Positions 59,930 to 64,000 of a stretch of 64,000 nucleotides of DNA are shown here, piece after piece. Numbering within the stretch: the first letter of the stretch is position 1; each line of letters begins with the position of its first letter. This DNA comes from Candidatus Marinacidobacterales bacterium. GTDB taxonomy: Bacteria; Acidobacteriota; Vicinamibacteria; Marinacidobacterales; DATDRI01. Under the pieces are notes generated by a model. The model saw only the letters and a program-made list of their open reading frames with translations, was not told the origin of the DNA and did not search any database. Where the stretch lies: NCBI GenBank assembly GCA_965226495.1, contig OZ245365.1:608001-672000 (forward strand). Reading direction: 5' to 3'. Made by a program: the position numbers and the translations under genes.

Positions 59930-62290
59930 ATGGACCCGAGAACTGTGCCCACACGCGCATTCATAAGGAAGCCTCTATGCCAGTGGCGCGACCTTGCGAG
60001 TCGAGCGGCGTCCCTCGCCGTAGTCATTGGGCTTTCTTTGTTTGCGGTGGGGGTAGAAGCTGAGGTCATCTACTACTCTGTAGGGACGGACAACACGTCG
60101 CTTTATTCAGATACGGCTTCGGCCGCGAGCGGAACGCTTACCCTGAATAGCCCGGCTGCGGACCGCATCGGGGTGGGTGACGAGATACGGGAAGGGTTGA
60201 ATCGTTACTACATCACAGGGCGTAACTCAACGACCGTGTTTACGATTCAAAACTCCGCGGCCAACGGTGGAACGCCCGGGGATACCAACATTAGCTTCGC
60301 GTCAACCGCGATTACGATTTTCCGGGCCTTCAACACGCTGTCTGACGCCACCCGGAACTCCGACGATGGCACCCACCTGGGCGGCAACGATCTTGTCACC
60401 AACGACATCCAACTCAACTGGCCTTGCTACAACGACGCTGCGGCGGACCCTTCCGCAAGGGTGCAGGTCCGTGAGTCGGGGTCGGAAACGTGGACCACCG
60501 ACGCCACCCGCTACATCAGGATCTACACGCCCACCACCACGAACGAGGTCGGAGTCTCCCAGAGACACGATGGCCGGGCCGGCACGGGGTATCGGATCGC
60601 TCCCACAGGTCCCGCCGGTGTGAATTTCTTCAACTTCATCTACGTCGGCACGGGAAACGTGCGCATCGAGGGGCTCGAGATCGACGGCTCGGGCCTCACC
60701 AACGCAGGGAACATCCGGGGCATCATGGTCAACGAGGACGTCAACCCCATGGCCGACGTCCGGATCTCCCACAACCTCATTCACGACATCACCAACACCA
60801 CCGACTACGACGGGGCGGGCCAGGCCGACCTCATGGGAATGCGGATCGAGGACGTCGACAACGCCACGGTCTGGAACAACATCGTCTACAACCTGACCAA
60901 CGGCTCCCTCCACGCCAACAGCGACACCTCGGGCATCCAGAGCGCGGGCGCCAACGGGAGGACGCACTACGTATACAACAACACGGTCTACAACCTCGAT
61001 GGTGGCCAGCGGCCGGTGCGGGGGATCTTTGACTTCAACATCACGATCAACGCCAGAAACAACTACGTCGGCCTGATGACGAGCACCACGACCAACGAGT
61101 GTTATAACGGCCCTTTCCTCAACGCCGCGGGCGACAACTACAACGTCTCCTCGGACGGGACCGCGTCCGGCACCGGAAGCCAGACCGGCCAGTCGAATTA
61201 CGCCGCCTATTTTGCCGATGTTACGGGCGGAAGCGAGAATCTACACTTGCAGAGCGACTCCGACACCCTGTGGGGCTCGTTCGGCGCCGATCTCGATAGC
61301 GATCCTGACCTTCCCGTCACCGACGATATTGATGGGGAGGCTCGGGATGCGGTGACCCCCGATATCGGCGCGGACGAGTTCTCCGCGACAGAGCTCCACC
61401 GCTCGGTAGGCATCACCCCGACCGACCTCAATACGAGTGCCCGCACGGTGCAGATCTCGGGTAACACCGCCGTCTTTTCGGGTCCGATGCCGGACAACGT
61501 GGGTGTGGGCGACGTGCTCCAGTACCAAGTGGCCTCCACGTTCTACCTAGCTTTTATCCATGGCCGGAGCTCCAACACGGTCTACACGGTCGGAACATCG
61601 GCGGGTGGCACGGCCCAGGCCGCCGCGGCAGGCACCGCCGTCGGCGTCTACCGCGCCTATACGTCTCTCAATAATTGGGAGATCCAGGACGAGAACAACA
61701 CGTTAGATGATTCCGTCGAAAATTTCGACACGTCGAAGGATCTTCTCGGTGATCGGACCTTGATGCTGGTAGCCTGCTACGGCGACGGTACGGATACCGC
61801 TCCGGTTTCCATGCAGAACTTCAACACGGGTCCGGATAACTACATCCGCATTTACACTCCTGTGGGACCGTCAGAAGTCGGCGCGAGTCAGCGGCATAAC
61901 GGGATGTGGGATCCGAGCGCCTACCACATGATCGTTGGCAACGCCACGGGGATTCTCGTTCAGGACAACTACGTCGATATCGATGGTCTGCAAGTTTACG
62001 TCAACAGCGTCAACGCTCCAGATCAAGCGGCTATCTATTATTTCAATATCACCGGAGCCGGAGAGGGTAGGGTATCCAACAACATTCTCCGAGGCATCAA
62101 CATCGCCATAACCAATCACGCTGGAACCGGGTTTTTCAACGTTGGGACGGTGGACCTCTACGTAAACAACAACGTCATTTATGACTTCCGTGGAGATATG
62201 TGGAATAACGGTATCTTCGCGGACGACGCCGAATCCACTCTCTACGCCTACAACAATACGATTCACAACTGTCAGGAAGGTCTTTCGTGA
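59930..62290 (+). pseudogene. G6: sixth paralogue, truncated within a beta-helix module, with no TAVEL/C25 cassette
   Basis: Signal-like RAASLAVVIGLSLFAVGVEA|E and a YYSVGTD module like those in G2. The second module stops at AYNNTIHNCQEGLS* before its DIGADE tail. Confidence 0.7.
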
Positions 62291-64000
62291 GCTCGCACGA
62301 AAAGAGATTGGATACCTCCGCCATGTGCTCCCGCAGCTTCCTCAACCGTCCGACCAAATTGAGGAAGACGAGCGCACGCAGCGGGAGGGAATTTTCATCG
62401 CCCTGGCGCGGTTCATTCCGCGCGCCTTGGACAATAGACCACTGGTGCTCCTGGTGGATGATCTTACCGCCGCGGACGAGGCAACGCTTCTGCTGTTCCG
62501 GTGGCTCGTGCGTTCCACGAACCTAAAAATGCTGGTTTGTGGCACGTCCATGAAGCTCCTCACGCTTGGCGAGGAAGACGAATCACCGCTTCGCCGTTTT
62601 TATGGAACGTACCACGAGGAGCTAGACATCCAAGCGATTCAATTGCGGCCTCTGAAGTCGAAGGACATCGCCGAGTTTCTCAAGGGAGCCTTTCCGGGGT
62701 TGAATCTATCCGAGTCGTTCGCCGAGGAGCTCGAGCGGCTGACCTATGGCAATCCGCTCTTTCTGACGGAGATCGCACGAAAGCTCGTCGCCAACGACAA
62801 GATAAAGCTGGTAGGTCGACAATGGATATTGCAGCCGCTTAGCGCCGGTTACCTTCCTCGGTCTCTCGAGGAGGTCGTTCTGGAAAAGATCTCCGCCCTC
62901 AACGATTCGGATCGCGAGTTCCTCGCCCGAGCGTCGACCCTCGGCGAGGATGTCCCGGTGAGCCTCTTGACGGGGAGCTCTCAAGAGCAGGAAACCGCGG
63001 TCCTGGAGTTCGTGGATCGGGCGGCGGCACTTGGACTCGTGAAACTCGATTTTCAGTTGAACGACGAAACCATGCGCTTTCTTGGAAAACGAGTGCTGGA
63101 GATCAGCTACGGCGCCATTGAGCCAGAGAAGCGGAAGGCTCTCCACGAGAGTATTGGTGATTACCAGGAAGGCTTGGCCAAGCAACACCTGATGTCATCC
63201 GCGTCGGTGCTGGCCTACCACTTCCAACGTTCTGCGAACCAAGAGAAGGCGCGGCGATACGAACAGATGCGACGTGCCTACGGTGAAGCGACCTTCAGCG
63301 GCGAGGAAGCCGTCAATTATTCAGGCGAGTTGCCGGAGCTCGATGCGCAAACGGAACTCCCTTTGGACGAGGAAAGTCTTCGGGTCGTCCATGACCTCCT
63401 GCGCTCCGTGCTGTCCGCGGTGCGTAGTCTCAAGCTGTATCCTGCCGAGAGTCCTGCGATTGCGCGCGCGCGACGTCAGGTCAAGGAAGTCCTGGACCGG
63501 CTTCTGGACCAGAACCCAGTGGTACGGCTTTCCCGCACCCAGCGCACCCTTCGAGTCAACGATCAACCTCTGAAGGTGGCAGAGTATCGGTCGCTCACCA
63601 AGGCCTTCATCGCGCTCATGGACGAGTCAGATTTGGATGCCATTCGATTTCGTAGTCAGGTTCCAGAGGAAGAGCTCGACATCGTGCTGCAAACACTTTC
63701 CGAGCTGGAGCCCAAGAAGATCGGGCGGCGATTTTGGCGGAAACTGCGAGAGGAAAAAGATCTGCGACACGTCGAGCCTCAGCAGTTGCCTTCTGCGGCG
63801 GTTCGCAAAATTCGGAAAGCCAATAAGGGAAAATCGAAACGGACGAGCAAGGGATCATCGGCCCCTCCCGTATTTGGTCCAGAGGAAGAGCTTCGAGAAG
63901 ACGAGCTGACCGCGGTACCCAACATCCTCCGCTCGTTTCTCGGGGCGGCCAAGAACGCACGGTTGTACCCCATTGACAGCCAACCGGTGACGAGAGCCGT
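62277..64000 (+). CDS. STAND-class (AAA_16-like) ATPase domain protein, N-terminally truncated and 3'-partial; not in the ORF track
   Basis: A frame with no stop up to the window end reads KVFRELARKE...RPLVLLVDDLTAADEATL (Walker B)...LRPL...TYGNPLFLTE...LPRSLEE...LAYHF, then two LRS.L.A....LYP..S helical repeats. No Walker A motif is seen. Confidence 0.8.

Noticed and set aside
44-62266. Numerous 60-300 aa alternative-frame and antisense ORFs overlapping the giant genes
   Set aside because: They are shadow ORFs expected in GC-rich coding DNA, have no recognisable motifs, and recur only because the host genes are repeated.
62287-63973. Short track ORFs in the last 1.7 kb
   Set aside because: They are explained as shadows of the stop-free STAND ATPase frame running from ~62277 off the window end.
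1-64000. Taxonomic assignment, rRNA/tRNA genes and secretion-machinery genes
   Set aside because: No marker, RNA or transporter genes were seen, so the host lineage and export route cannot be determined from this window.

Overview
GC-rich bacterial DNA that is almost entirely a head-to-tail array of six giant, probably secreted, modular protein genes on the + strand: G1 <1-7230, G2 ~7512-25961, G3 ~28514-38377, G4 ~38559-49490, G5 ~49643-59781 (split by a 20-bp duplication) and G6 ~59930-62290 (truncated). G1-G5 each have a different mosaic of adhesin-like passenger modules (right-handed beta-helices ending in DIGADE/D, DUF2341/LamG, delta-60 propellers, phage-tail-like repeats). That passenger is fused to the same ~1000-aa C-terminal cassette: TAVELxxF Ig-like domain, acidic linker, C25 propeptide-like domain, PorU-like region and gingipain-family C25 peptidase with intact GHG and NC catalytic motifs. 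All five gene starts in the window carry a sigma54 -24/-12 promoter and a shared 16-bp upstream motif at nearly constant spacing, and four also have an IHF-like site. Between G2 and G3 lie three minus-strand toxin-antitoxin loci (HEPN-MNT, a broken DUF86 HepT, YefM-YoeB), each placed directly after a copy of the peptidase gene's 3' end. G1 and G2 carry an in-frame 75-bp palindromic insertion. The window ends with an abrupt junction into an N-terminally truncated STAND-type ATPase gene. All domain calls come from motif recognition by eye; no database searches were run.
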